This document shows, one piece after another, positions 50,267 through 61,754 of a DNA stretch of 64,000 bases (the stretch's first letter is position 1; each line of letters begins with the position of its first letter). The notes beneath the pieces were generated by a model. The model had not been told where the DNA came from. It worked only from the letters and a program-made list of their open reading frames with translations, and searched no databases. Source of the DNA: Candidatus Poribacteria bacterium (GTDB lineage Bacteria; Poribacteria; WGA-4E; PCPOR2b); assembly GCA_965215015.1 (NCBI GenBank), contig OZ244042.1, positions 1,472,001 through 1,536,000 on the forward strand. The letters are read 5' to 3'. The position numbers and the translations under genes were made by a program.

Positions 50267-50877
50267 TAATTCAAGTTGCTAGGTTCTGCTGACATTTGGG
50301 TGTCGTATATGAACCTTGACCGACAGGCTACCTGCCGGTATTGGATCGGGTAAGAATCGGACCTCCTAGCCCGACCTCTTTCCAATTCTCTATGGCAAGC
50401 TGGGAAGCCTACTCCACGAGTCCAAGCCAAAAGTTTGCTGAGCCACGAGCAGTTTATTGATTTATCGCGCACCAACCGAGTGCTATACACATAGCACTCC
50501 TTCCCGATAAGATCGGGATTCAAAGCAATTGGAGTAAGGGAATTGGACGTATTACCTTCTATAGACATATCGCCCCGCTGGGGCGGAGGGTTGATTAACT
50601 TACTTAATTTTAACAACAACTCGATGGATATTCAAATAGCAATTTGGATTGTAATACTTAAAATTAACGCTCATGTTAAGAAATCGTGCAACAGCCTCCG
50701 AGTTTTTTCGGCAAAACTCGGAAGCTCTGCGTATTTTGGACCCTCTTTTTATATGCGCCAAAATCAAATTTAAGTATTAACCTTCATCTTAGTCACTTTG
50801 AGGCGTTACCGAGATATGACTGAATTGCTCATAACAAACATAAGTCTATTTTTCCAAGCGAATTTGATGCCACTTAA

Positions 50878-52164
<1,287 letters not shown>

Positions 52165-52499
52165 CCTCATGGTGCTAGTTCGCAACTGTTGATATGATCG
52201 TCCGTCGGAGACCGAGAGTAAAACATGATGCCTGAAACGTGAATGAACCACTGAACTCTTGAACAATGTGGAAAAGATATCTTCACCAATTGGCAACTTA
52301 GGCTATAACACGGGAATCCCCGGTAGACCTCCGGGATTAAAGAGTGTTATCTTGACAAAAGATAAATGATCTACATGTCAATTTGACATATAGAAGATGG
52401 GCAAAACTTTCGTGCTTTATGGTCGTTACATTGACCAAAAATTTGCTCAATGACACCTGGTGTGCATTTGCAGCGGAATCGGAGTGAAAAGAATTGTTT

Positions 52500-52515
52500 T
52501 GGCATGTCATTTGCT
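52500..52515 (+). promoter_or_regulatory. Putative sigma-54 (-24/-12) promoter of clpB
   Basis: TGGCATGTCATTTGCT fits GG-N10-GC consensus, ~50 bp upstream of the start. Confidence 0.6.
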
Positions 52516-52565
52516 AACTTAACTGTGATTTATATTTCATGCAATACATATCAGGAGAAAAAATC

Positions 52566-55178
52566 ATGCGTATCGATAAATTTACACAAAAGGGCCAAGA
52601 GGCACTCCTAGAAGCACAGAATTTGGCACAGAAGTACAATCATCCGGCGGTCAAACCGGAACATCTGCTCAAAGTGCTAGTGGAGCAAGAAGGTGGTGTC
52701 GTGCCATCTGTTCTCAAACGGATTGGTGTGGATACCGATTCACTACAACAGCATATTGATGAGACGCTAGATCGTATGCCACGCGCCACAGGTGCATCGG
52801 TTCAAGTTGGAATGGACCGGGACCTAGCGAGCGTTCTCAACGCAGCAGAAGTAATTGTCGATAAGATGAAGGACGACTATACCTCCACCGAGCATATCTT
52901 GCTGGCGATGGTGCAGGCGAAAGCGGCTACAGTTCGCGAATTGCTAGCATTCTTCGGCGTGAACGAAAAGAGCATCATGGAGGCCTTGATGGGCATTCGC
53001 GGCTCCCAACGGGTCAGCAGCCCGACACCCGAAGACCAATACGAGGCATTGGTCAAGTATGGGCGCGACCTCACTCAGGAAGCCCGTAAAGGGAAACTCG
53101 ATCCAGTGATTGGTCGGGACGAAGAGATTCGCCGCACAATCCAGATTCTGAACCGGCGCACGAAAAACAACCCGGTACTCATCGGCGAGCCGGGTGTGGG
53201 TAAAACTGCTATTGTTGAAGGGCTTGCACAACGAATCGTGCGGGGCGATGTACCGCTTGGGTTGAAAGAAAAAAGGCTTGTCGCGCTTGATCTTGGCGCG
53301 TTGGTCGCCGGCGCAAAATATCGTGGCGAGTTTGAGGAACGCCTGAAGGCAGTGCTGCAAGAGATCCAAAGTGCTGAAGGACAAATTCTCCTCTTTATCG
53401 ACGAGATGCACACCCTCGTCGGCGCAGGAGCAGCCGAAGGGGCAATGGACGCGTCCAACATGTTCAAGCCGATGCTAGCGCGCGGTGAACTCCACGCTAT
53501 CGGTGCAACCACGCTCGACGAATACCGCAAGCATATTGAAAAAGATGCTGCACTCGAACGCCGCTTCCAGCCGGTCTATGTCAATGAACCTTCCGTTGAG
53601 GACACCATCAGCATCCTGCGAGGCCTCAAAGAGCGATATGAAGTGCATCACGGCGTCCGTATCACCGATAGTGCAGCAATTTCCGCTGCGACGTTGAGCC
53701 ATCGCTATATCACCGATCGTTTTCTACCGGACAAGGCAATTGATCTTGTAGATGAAGCGGCAAGCCGACTCCGCACCGAAATTGATAGCAAGCCGGTCGA
53801 GTTAGACACAGTTGATCGAGAGGCCATGCAACTGCAGATCGAGCGGGAAGCCTTGAGAAAGGAGAAGGACGTCGGGAGCAAAGAACGGTTGAAAAAAATT
53901 GAACAACAACTCGCCAACCTCGAAGAGAAAAGCACGCAGCTGTCCGTCCGCTGGCAAGCTGAGACGAATGCAATCGAGAAGGTCCGCGGCATCCGTGAGC
54001 AGATTGACCAAGCCAACCAGCAAATTGAGGAAGCGGAACGTCAGACCGATTTACAGCGAGCCGCCGAACTCCGCTACGGTCATCTCCGTCAACTAGAGAG
54101 CGACCTTGCTGACGCCGAAGGGGCACTCGTTCAACTTCAGGGTGATGGCGCATTGCTGAAAGAAGAGGTGGACCCTGAAGACATCGCCGCCATTATCAGT
54201 AAGTGGACGGGGATTCCGGCGAGCAAACTACTGGAAGGTGAAATTGAAAAACTGGTCCAAATGGAGAAACGGCTTCATAACCGAATCGTTGGACAGGATA
54301 CCGCTGTCGAAGCGGTAGCACGGGCCGTGCGGCGAAGTCGTTCAGGCTTGCAGGACCCGAATCGTCCGATTGGCTCGTTTATCTTCTTAGGGCCAACAGG
54401 CGTGGGAAAAACTGAACTTGCCCGTGCGTTGGCAGAATTTCTGTTCGATGACGAACAGAACATGGTGCGGATTGACATGAGCGAGTATCAGGAACAACAT
54501 ACTGTGGCACGCTTAATCGGCGCACCACCGGGCTATGTGGGGTACGATGAAGGCGGTCAATTAACCGAAGCCATCCGACGCCGCCCCTACAGTGTCGTGC
54601 TATTCGATGAAATCGAGAAGGCGCACCCGGAAGTGTTCAACGTATTTCTACAGGTGCTCGACGATGGCCGGCTCACCGATGGTCAAGGACGTACCGTTGA
54701 TTTCCGTAACACGGTCATCATCATGACCAGTAACGTCGGCAGCGACTCGATTCTGAACATCGCAGATGACCAGTTGATGCGCGAGCGGGTAACCTTAGCA
54801 CTTCGTGAGCATTTCCGACCGGAGTTCCTAAACCGAATTGACGAAGTGGTATTCTTCCATCGTCTGGAAAGCGAACATATTCGTCACATTGCAGAGATTC
54901 AGCTTGACAACGTTCGTCAGTTGCTCGCCAAACGAGATATCTCAATCGAGATGACAGCGGCGGCAGCAGATCTCCTCATCCGGGAAGGCTACGACCCCGC
55001 TTACGGCGCGCGCCCCCTCAAACGGGTGATTCAGCGGCGAATCATAGACCCGTTGGCGTTGCAGGTTATCCAGAACGAGGTGCGTGCCGGGGACCATCTG
55101 ATCGTTGATGCGAAGGATGATGAACTCACATTCACAGTAACCGAATCGGCTGCAGAAGATAAACTCGCTGCGGGTTGA
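52566..55178 (+). CDS. clpB: ATP-dependent chaperone ClpB
   Basis: [15 protein letters not shown], middle coiled coil, [15 protein letters not shown]; RBS AGGAG. Confidence 0.97.
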   Translation: MRIDKFTQKGQEALLEAQNLAQKYNHPAVKPEHLLKVLVEQEGGVVPSVLKRIGVDTDSLQQHIDETLDRMPRATGASVQVGMDRDLASVLNAAEVIVDKMKDDYTSTEHILLAMVQAKAATVRELLAFFGVNEKSIMEALMGIRGSQRVSSPTPEDQYEALVKYGRDLTQEARKGKLDPVIGRDEEIRRTIQILNRRTKNNPVLIGEPGVGKTAIVEGLAQRIVRGDVPLGLKEKRLVALDLGALVAGAKYRGEFEERLKAVLQEIQSAEGQILLFIDEMHTLVGAGAAEGAMDASNMFKPMLARGELHAIGATTLDEYRKHIEKDAALERRFQPVYVNEPSVEDTISILRGLKERYEVHHGVRITDSAAISAATLSHRYITDRFLPDKAIDLVDEAASRLRTEIDSKPVELDTVDREAMQLQIEREALRKEKDVGSKERLKKIEQQLANLEEKSTQLSVRWQAETNAIEKVRGIREQIDQANQQIEEAERQTDLQRAAELRYGHLRQLESDLADAEGALVQLQGDGALLKEEVDPEDIAAIISKWTGIPASKLLEGEIEKLVQMEKRLHNRIVGQDTAVEAVARAVRRSRSGLQDPNRPIGSFIFLGPTGVGKTELARALAEFLFDDEQNMVRIDMSEYQEQHTVARLIGAPPGYVGYDEGGQLTEAIRRRPYSVVLFDEIEKAHPEVFNVFLQVLDDGRLTDGQGRTVDFRNTVIIMTSNVGSDSILNIADDQLMRERVTLALREHFRPEFLNRIDEVVFFHRLESEHIRHIAEIQLDNVRQLLAKRDISIEMTAAAADLLIREGYDPAYGARPLKRVIQRRIIDPLALQVIQNEVRAGDHLIVDAKDDELTFTVTESAAEDKLAAG

Positions 55179-55678
55179 AAATGAGGTGAACGAGTGGCGG
55201 CGATATACACAAACGCTGCCGTTCCAAACGTGAGGCCCTTCCATATATGCACCCAACGCCAGTTTTGAACTCGACTTCGGCAACACCGTACCAGTGTTCG
55301 GGGAAACATATCAGGGTGTGATGTACACAAAGCATTGTGCCGTACACGAAATACAGGCTGAACGAAGTGTCCTTCCGTGGACCAACGACCGGGACTGGTA
55401 TGCTGACACGCAATCAACGCTAATCGTTACCGACAGTGAAAGAAAATTATCCATAGTACGCTTCACCGACCTGATGACCCCTAAATACAATGCCGGACTG
55501 GGTTGATGGCACCCCAATTCACTTTTCTTAAAAAAACTGCGAACTTAATACAAACTCATCTGCCCAAAGGGGCAGAGACACAAATTAGCAGCCGAAACCT
55601 ACATAATTATTGATAATAAATCCGTGGTTCGGCACTATTCTAACCATTCATCTTAGTAAGAAAGAAGGAGATTTTACC

Positions 55679-56152
55679 ATGAAACGCAGATGGTTCGTAC
55701 TAACCGCCATTCTCGCAATGGCAGCAGTTACCGTTTTCCTCACAAATCAAATTACCCAAGCCCAACGTCCAGACCGCGGCGGGATGCGCGATAGAGCCGG
55801 CGGTGAAAGGCGCGGCGGTTTCGGTGGGATGCGTGGATTCAGTCCTACCTCAATTATTGACAATTCATGGACTGACCTCACATTTGCCGTCAAGGTCGAT
55901 GATGACACACTCATCAAAGCCCGTCCAGTTTATCAGAAACATCGTGATAATCTTGAGAAAGCCTTCAAAGAAGCCAGCAAATCCGGCGATGCCGGAGGAG
56001 CACGTGAAGCCATGATGGAAATTCGCGATGGGTTCCAAACAGATTTGAAGTCAGTTCTGACCGAAGAGCAGATAACCCAACTTGACGCATTCCAAGAGAA
56101 GCGGATGATGAATCGAAGTGGGGGCAGAGGAGGGGGCGGCAGAGGCCGCTAA
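55679..56152 (+). CDS. Exported helical hypothetical protein with Gly/Arg-rich segments
   Basis: RBS AAGGAG, signal MKRRWFVL, VLTEEQ (LTxxQ-like). Confidence 0.7.
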   Translation: MKRRWFVLTAILAMAAVTVFLTNQITQAQRPDRGGMRDRAGGERRGGFGGMRGFSPTSIIDNSWTDLTFAVKVDDDTLIKARPVYQKHRDNLEKAFKEASKSGDAGGAREAMMEIRDGFQTDLKSVLTEEQITQLDAFQEKRMMNRSGGRGGGGRGR

Positions 56153-56169
56153 ATCGCAACATAAAAACA

Positions 56170-56207
56170 GGGGAGAAATGGGTTCGTCCATTCTCCCCTT
56201 GTTCTTT
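56170..56207 (+). terminator. Hairpin / possible intrinsic terminator
   Basis: ggggagaaatgg-gttcgt-ccattctcccc followed by ttgttcttt. Confidence 0.45.
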
Positions 56208-56233
56208 GTCTCGCCAATGAAGGAGGATAATCG

Positions 56234-58258
56234 ATGGAGAAGAAATGGATCCTTGTCATAGTGATTGCCGTCGTGGTCCTTGTATCCGGCGGTTTACTGC
56301 TGTGGGGGCAGTTTGCTAAGGCAACCAAGGAGGAAGCCAGCAATATGCCTGAAATCAAAACCGCTACGGTTGAGCGGGGCAATATTGAGGTGACCATTGA
56401 TGCCACCGGGACCATTGAGCCGCTTAACATTGTCCAGGTGAGTTCCAAAGCTAGTGGTAAAATTTTAGAACTTCTCGTTGAAGAAGGGGATTACGTCGAA
56501 CAAGACGCTGTAATCGCGCGTATCGAAACCACCTATGTTTCAGCAGATCTGGAGCAGGCAAGAGCGGACCTTAGTGCCGCCGAAGCACGCCTCGACCAAT
56601 CGAAGATTAATATTGAACTGCAAAGGGAACAAACCGCGATTCAGATTCAGCAAGCCGAAGAAAAGTTGGCTGAGTCAGAAAAACAGTTGGAACAACTTAA
56701 AGAACAGATACGGATAGAAGAAATAGCCAATCAACGCCAGCTATCTGATGCGAAAAATGGCTACAGTATGGCGCAGTTGCGATACAAGCTCCTGACATCT
56801 GAGACGGTGCGGACGGAGGAAAAGGAGCGTGCAAAGGCGAGCGTGAACCAAGCAAAAGCCAACCTTGACCTTGCCAAAAAGGAGTATAATCGAAAACAGC
56901 AACTTTTCGAGAAGCAGTATATCTCAAAATCGGACCTCGACACCGCCGCGACGCAACGGGACTCGGCGCAAGCACAATATGACTCGGCTTTGCAGCAATT
57001 TGAACTGGTTAAACAACCGGCAAGTCCAGCGGAGTTAGAGCTCTCGCAGGCTGAGATTACGAAAGCAAAGTTCGCCATTGATGCGGCAAACGAACAGATT
57101 GAGAAACAGAAGTATCGTGAGATGGAGATAAAGATTCAGGAACATCGTGTCACACAAGCCAAGGACGCTTTGGAATTAGCACTTGCCAACCAAAAGCAAA
57201 TCGATCTCAAGAAAAAAGAACTTGAAAGTTCCACGGCACAACGCATGCGCAGTGAGAGTGCCTTGCGGCTCGCACAAGAAAGTTATGACGATACGGTTAT
57301 TCGCGCCCCCATCTCCGGCACGATTCTCGAAAAAAAGGTGGAGGAAGGACAGGTAATCGTCTCCAGCTTTAGTGGGGGTGGTAGGGGCGGCTCTGTTTCG
57401 TCCGAAGGTCAAGTGTTGGTAACAATGGCGGACCTCGAAAAGGTGTATGTGGCAACGGAGGTCGATGAAACCGATATCGGCAAGGTGAAGGTTGGTCAAC
57501 TGGTGACCATCACTGTCGAAGCCTATCCGGATCAGCCGCTGCAAGGACAGGTGCTTCGCATTGCACCGCAAGGGCAGGTGGTTCAAAACGTAACAACATT
57601 CAAAGTCATCACTGAGATTACCAATACGCGTCCAAGGGGACGTTGGGGGAGAGGTAGCGGATTTCGCCAAGGTGAAGGCGAGAGCGAATTCACACCGGGG
57701 CAGCGAGAACGCTTTCGCCAGATGCGTCAACAGCGACAGGAAGAAGCAGCACCCTCAGAGAACACCGAAACTTCTGACGAAAATTCAGCGGCTGTCGAGC
57801 CCACAGAAACACCCGATCCGTGGATGGCGATGGCTGACAATTTCTTCGGCAATCAAGGTGGGGGAGATTGGAATCGTGAGGAGAGCCCGTCAGAAGATAC
57901 GGATACACCGTTCTTGAAGCCGGGGATGAATGCGACCGTTGAGATTGCCGCCACGAGCAAGCGGAATATATTGGTTCTCCCAAATGAAGCAATTCTATCT
58001 TTCGGGAGCCGAAAAATGGTCCGCGTCGTTGGCGAAGACGGTCAGCCGAGGCGGCCGCAACCGATTGAGGCAGGCGTGAGTAGTTTCGACAGAACAGAAA
58101 TCATCTCTGGCTTAGATGAGGGGCAGGTCGTCGCCGTGGGCGGTTTCGAGCGGAGAGGCGGCGGGGACATGGAACGATTCAGACGTATGATGGGAAATCC
58201 GGCCTCTACAATGAGACGGATGCAGCGGGGTGCCGGTGGTGGCAGAGGTGGGCGCTGA
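56234..58258 (+). CDS. Efflux periplasmic adaptor (MacA/HlyD-like)
   Basis: VQVSSKASGKI..LLVEEGDYV, long coiled coil, IRAPISGTI, VDETDIGKV, LKPGMNA. Confidence 0.9.
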   Translation: MEKKWILVIVIAVVVLVSGGLLLWGQFAKATKEEASNMPEIKTATVERGNIEVTIDATGTIEPLNIVQVSSKASGKILELLVEEGDYVEQDAVIARIETTYVSADLEQARADLSAAEARLDQSKINIELQREQTAIQIQQAEEKLAESEKQLEQLKEQIRIEEIANQRQLSDAKNGYSMAQLRYKLLTSETVRTEEKERAKASVNQAKANLDLAKKEYNRKQQLFEKQYISKSDLDTAATQRDSAQAQYDSALQQFELVKQPASPAELELSQAEITKAKFAIDAANEQIEKQKYREMEIKIQEHRVTQAKDALELALANQKQIDLKKKELESSTAQRMRSESALRLAQESYDDTVIRAPISGTILEKKVEEGQVIVSSFSGGGRGGSVSSEGQVLVTMADLEKVYVATEVDETDIGKVKVGQLVTITVEAYPDQPLQGQVLRIAPQGQVVQNVTTFKVITEITNTRPRGRWGRGSGFRQGEGESEFTPGQRERFRQMRQQRQEEAAPSENTETSDENSAAVEPTETPDPWMAMADNFFGNQGGGDWNREESPSEDTDTPFLKPGMNATVEIAATSKRNILVLPNEAILSFGSRKMVRVVGEDGQPRRPQPIEAGVSSFDRTEIISGLDEGQVVAVGGFERRGGGDMERFRRMMGNPASTMRRMQRGAGGGRGGR

Positions 58259-58281
58259 TAAACAAGGGAGGTACCTTTTAG

Positions 58282-59496
58282 ATGGGAATACTCGAAAGTT
58301 TAGCGAACGCGTTACGCGGTTTATTAGCAAATAAACTTCGATCGGCACTGACGATGCTTGGCGTGATTATCGGCGTGGGAGCGATTATGACCACAACCTC
58401 AATCGGCGAAGGGGCAAAAGCGGACATCACGGAGCGCATCCAGACGCTCGGAGCGAACATCCTAGCGGTCCGCCCGGGCCAGAGTCGTTTTCGTGGACGG
58501 AGTTCGGGGCAGGACCGTCAGAGTCTGAAGTACGAAGACGCCATGGTGTTGAGGGAACGGGCAAAGAATATTCTCTTGGTCTCACCCGAAGTATCTTCAC
58601 GCACTCAGGTCAAGCATGGAAACAAGAACCACAACACTACAGTTGTCGGCACAACACCGGAGTATCAGATTACAGCGAACTTCCCGGTTGAAAGAGGTGC
58701 GTTTTTTACTGAGAGCGATGTCCGTTCTCGGCGTCGGGTGTGTACGTTGGGAAAGACAGTCGTTGATGAACTGTTCGATGAGCGGGAAGATCCGATCGGC
58801 AAGACTGTCAAGATTCGGGGGCTTAACTTTCGGGTGCTTGGTCTGATGAAGGAGAAAGGGGCAACCGGTTGGCGAAATCCGGATGACCAGATTTTCATTC
58901 CGGTGTCAACGGCAATGAAACGGGTTTTTGGCAGGGATCACCTATCAAGTATCAGCGCGCAGGCAATAAGCAGCGAGGCGATGGAGCCTGCCCAAGCCGA
59001 AATCGAGAATCTCTTGCGGAAACAGCACAAACTCCCCGTCAACAAGGAGCTCGATTTTAACGTGCGGAATCAAGCGGAATTTCTTGAGACCTTGGAAGAA
59101 TCGGGGCAGACATTCACCTACATGATTATGGGCATTGCAATTGTGTCCCTGATCGTCGGCGGAATTGGGATTATGAATATCATGTTGGTCTCAGTGACAG
59201 AACGCACGAGGGAAATCGGTCTGCGGAAGGCAGTCGGTGCCAAACGTCACGATATTCTAATCCAGTTTCTGATCGAATCGATGACACTGTCGATCCTCGG
59301 TGGCCTGATTGGGATTGGCGTTGGGATATTCGGGTCGAAAATGGTGCCATCGCTCTGGGGATGGCGGACAATTATTTCGCCGATGTACACGGCGGTAGCA
59401 TTTTTCGTTGCAGCGTGGATTGGCATCTTTTTCGGCGCGTATCCGGCGTGGAAGGCAGCAAAGTTATCCCCGATTGAAGCACTCAGACACGAATAA
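58282..59496 (+). CDS. MacB-like ABC transporter permease
   Basis: NKLRSALTMLGVIIG, GGIGIMNIMLVSVTERTREIGLRKAVGA, PIEALRHE. Confidence 0.93.
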   Translation: MGILESLANALRGLLANKLRSALTMLGVIIGVGAIMTTTSIGEGAKADITERIQTLGANILAVRPGQSRFRGRSSGQDRQSLKYEDAMVLRERAKNILLVSPEVSSRTQVKHGNKNHNTTVVGTTPEYQITANFPVERGAFFTESDVRSRRRVCTLGKTVVDELFDEREDPIGKTVKIRGLNFRVLGLMKEKGATGWRNPDDQIFIPVSTAMKRVFGRDHLSSISAQAISSEAMEPAQAEIENLLRKQHKLPVNKELDFNVRNQAEFLETLEESGQTFTYMIMGIAIVSLIVGGIGIMNIMLVSVTERTREIGLRKAVGAKRHDILIQFLIESMTLSILGGLIGIGVGIFGSKMVPSLWGWRTIISPMYTAVAFFVAAWIGIFFGAYPAWKAAKLSPIEALRHE

Positions 59497-59798
59497 ACGA
59501 ATTCAGCACAAATGCGTCAAAAAGGCATTCTTGGGCACTTGGGTTAAATTTATCCTATTTCAACTGTCTATATATCCCATTTTGGGAGTTCTTCCACGAA
59601 TTTGAAATCGGAGGCCGGCGGAAGGAGGGAAAGCAGACGATTTCACATCTTACGCGTTACGCATCACGCATCACGTTTCACGCATTATGTCGCACTTTTC
59701 TACTCCTCCTATTCGCCATCGGTTGCGATGGGATAGACGAATCCCTTCGACAGAGCGAGGGGCTAATTCATTCAGGCAGGTATGATGAAGCGGTTGCC

Positions 59799-61049
59799 TT
59801 GCTAGCACAGATTATCTCAGCGGATGATCGAAATCCGAAAGCGCGACTCCTGATGGGCCAAGCACATGAGGCACTGGAAAACTACGATCGCGCGATTCAC
59901 CAGTTGAAAGCTGCAATTCGATTGTACGTTGCCCAACCCGAAGACCGTGCGCTGGCGCGGCTCCGGCTAGCGAAGATTTATCTGAGATTGGGGGTGCGCC
60001 AGGAAGGGATCAATCAATTGCGGGCAATCGTTCATTCCACATCAGATAGTGCGATGATACAACAGGTCGCGGGGCTTGTCACCGATGCTTACCAAGTGGT
60101 TCAGATTACAAAGGGAAATCCGGAAAACTACTCGCCAAACTTCTCCCCCGATAGTACACGGATTGCCCTTGCATCATCCCGTTCGGGTAACAGTGAAATC
60201 TATCTGATGGATGTGAAGGGAAGTAACCTCCAACAGGTTACGTTCACACCAGATTTTAATGAAGATACGCCGCGATTTCTGGGCGATTCACGGTATATAG
60301 TACATAGCCGTGAACCGAAAAGTGCTGGCGAAGTCCAGATTGTCTTACAGAGCGATGGAACAACGCCGGTCTACACTGGCATTTATGCGACTCACCTTGA
60401 TAGCAAGGTAACACAGGAACTTTTGCCACTTGGATTGGGGGTCCGCGTGCCCTGTTTATCGCCAGATTGGAAGCGCGTGGTCTATGAGGCAAGCAGGGAT
60501 AGAACCTTAGACCTATACACCCTAGATCTGAACGACATCAATCTGGAAGATATGGAGGCAAAAATAATCGTGCCCACACGCATCACTGACAGTGAGGCTG
60601 ATGAGGGCAGCCCAACTTTTTTCCCCGATGGGAGACGGCTCGCGTTTGTGTCTGCGGGACCCGAAGGTACAGGCCCTCGCCGCACCGCCCCCGGTCTTAG
60701 TAAACCGCTCCACCAGATCTACACCATCAACGTTGATGGCAGCGACGAAAAACATCTGAATCCCAATCCCTACGACTGCTACAGTCCGGTGATTGCACCG
60801 GACGGGAAAACCATTGCCTTCGTCTCAGGGCGGATGGATGACATTGAGATCTATCTGATGGATATAGATGGAACGAATGAGCGACGCATTACCAGCGGCA
60901 TTGGTGTTTCAATGCAGCCCGCCTTTTCGCCGAATGGGAAAAAGCTCGTATTTGTCTCTGACCGGAGCGGCACCCTCCAAATCTACCTGATGTCTCTTGA
61001 CCAACCAGTGACACGGGAGATTTTAATCCAACGCTTGCAAGGAGAATAG
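59799..61049 (+). CDS. TPR + TolB/PD40 propeller protein (lipobox upstream in frame; start problematic)
   Basis: TPR helices, FSPDxxxIAF repeats; in-frame LLLLFAIGC at ~59700-59726 without in-frame ATG/GTG/TTG. Confidence 0.8.
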   Translation: MLAQIISADDRNPKARLLMGQAHEALENYDRAIHQLKAAIRLYVAQPEDRALARLRLAKIYLRLGVRQEGINQLRAIVHSTSDSAMIQQVAGLVTDAYQVVQITKGNPENYSPNFSPDSTRIALASSRSGNSEIYLMDVKGSNLQQVTFTPDFNEDTPRFLGDSRYIVHSREPKSAGEVQIVLQSDGTTPVYTGIYATHLDSKVTQELLPLGLGVRVPCLSPDWKRVVYEASRDRTLDLYTLDLNDINLEDMEAKIIVPTRITDSEADEGSPTFFPDGRRLAFVSAGPEGTGPRRTAPGLSKPLHQIYTINVDGSDEKHLNPNPYDCYSPVIAPDGKTIAFVSGRMDDIEIYLMDIDGTNERRITSGIGVSMQPAFSPNGKKLVFVSDRSGTLQIYLMSLDQPVTREILIQRLQGE

Positions 61050-61139
61050 CCTCTCGACCGAACTATCATTCCCATTTCTTACTTAATTTTTCAACACTCA
61101 GAAGCTTCCATAGAGCAAGAGTATTCCGCCGTTCTGTAC

Positions 61140-61726
61140 TTTCACCGGAGATGCAAGACCGCATCCAAGTGATTGTCGCAGAGAATTAAGCGCATCATGG
61201 ATATATTGTCCGTGCTATTGAATGTATGCCTGAACTCATTCATCTTCTGGCGAGCATCCCCCCACGCAAGCCATGGGAACCGCCATTTGGTAAAATCAAA
61301 GGGGTCATCTCTAAAACACTCCGTGAAGAGTTCCTCGTATTTCGGAAGCGTCTCCCCCAACTCTGGACACGCTCAAAGTTTGTTACCTCCACAGGGGATG
61401 TGACCTTAAAAGCCTTGAAACAATACATTGAAAGCCAGAAAGGAGTTTAGTGTTGAAGTGTGTCAGGACCGGTGTATTGAAGATTCCCACACAACCTGCA
61501 TTCCCTGAAATCAATGCTGCCGCTGTGGTTTTGCATACCACAGAGACAGCGTTGACGCATTCAACATTCGTAAAAAGTATCAGGGATGTCTCGGCACCCC
61601 TGTAGGGATGGCCATGGCACCGCCCGTTGGGATTCGTTTAGAAATCCGATGTTGTTCTGCTAGAGCAGAGAATATTCTCTGGAAGAACAGAAGAATCTTC
61701 TGCCTTTAGGGTGGAGAGTATGTCAA
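61140..61726 (+). mobile_element. IS200/IS605 relic: truncated tnpA, collapsed tnpB region, right end
   Basis: IHLLASIPP, KIKG, LWTRSKFV, KQYIESQ (Y1 transposase, HUH degraded); right end aagaatcttctgcctttagggtggagagtatgTCAA. Confidence 0.8.
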
Positions 61727-61754
61727 TTGGCAGCACCTCATGAGGTGTTTAAAA

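Noticed and set aside
50270-50600. Coding ORF 50200-50619 or an ncRNA
   Set aside because: Composed of REP-like palindromic pieces (e.g. ctatagacatatcgccccgctggggc); no protein or RNA family signal
55180-55520. Small ORFs downstream of clpB
   Set aside because: No recognisable motif or RBS; could be a gene relic but unsupported
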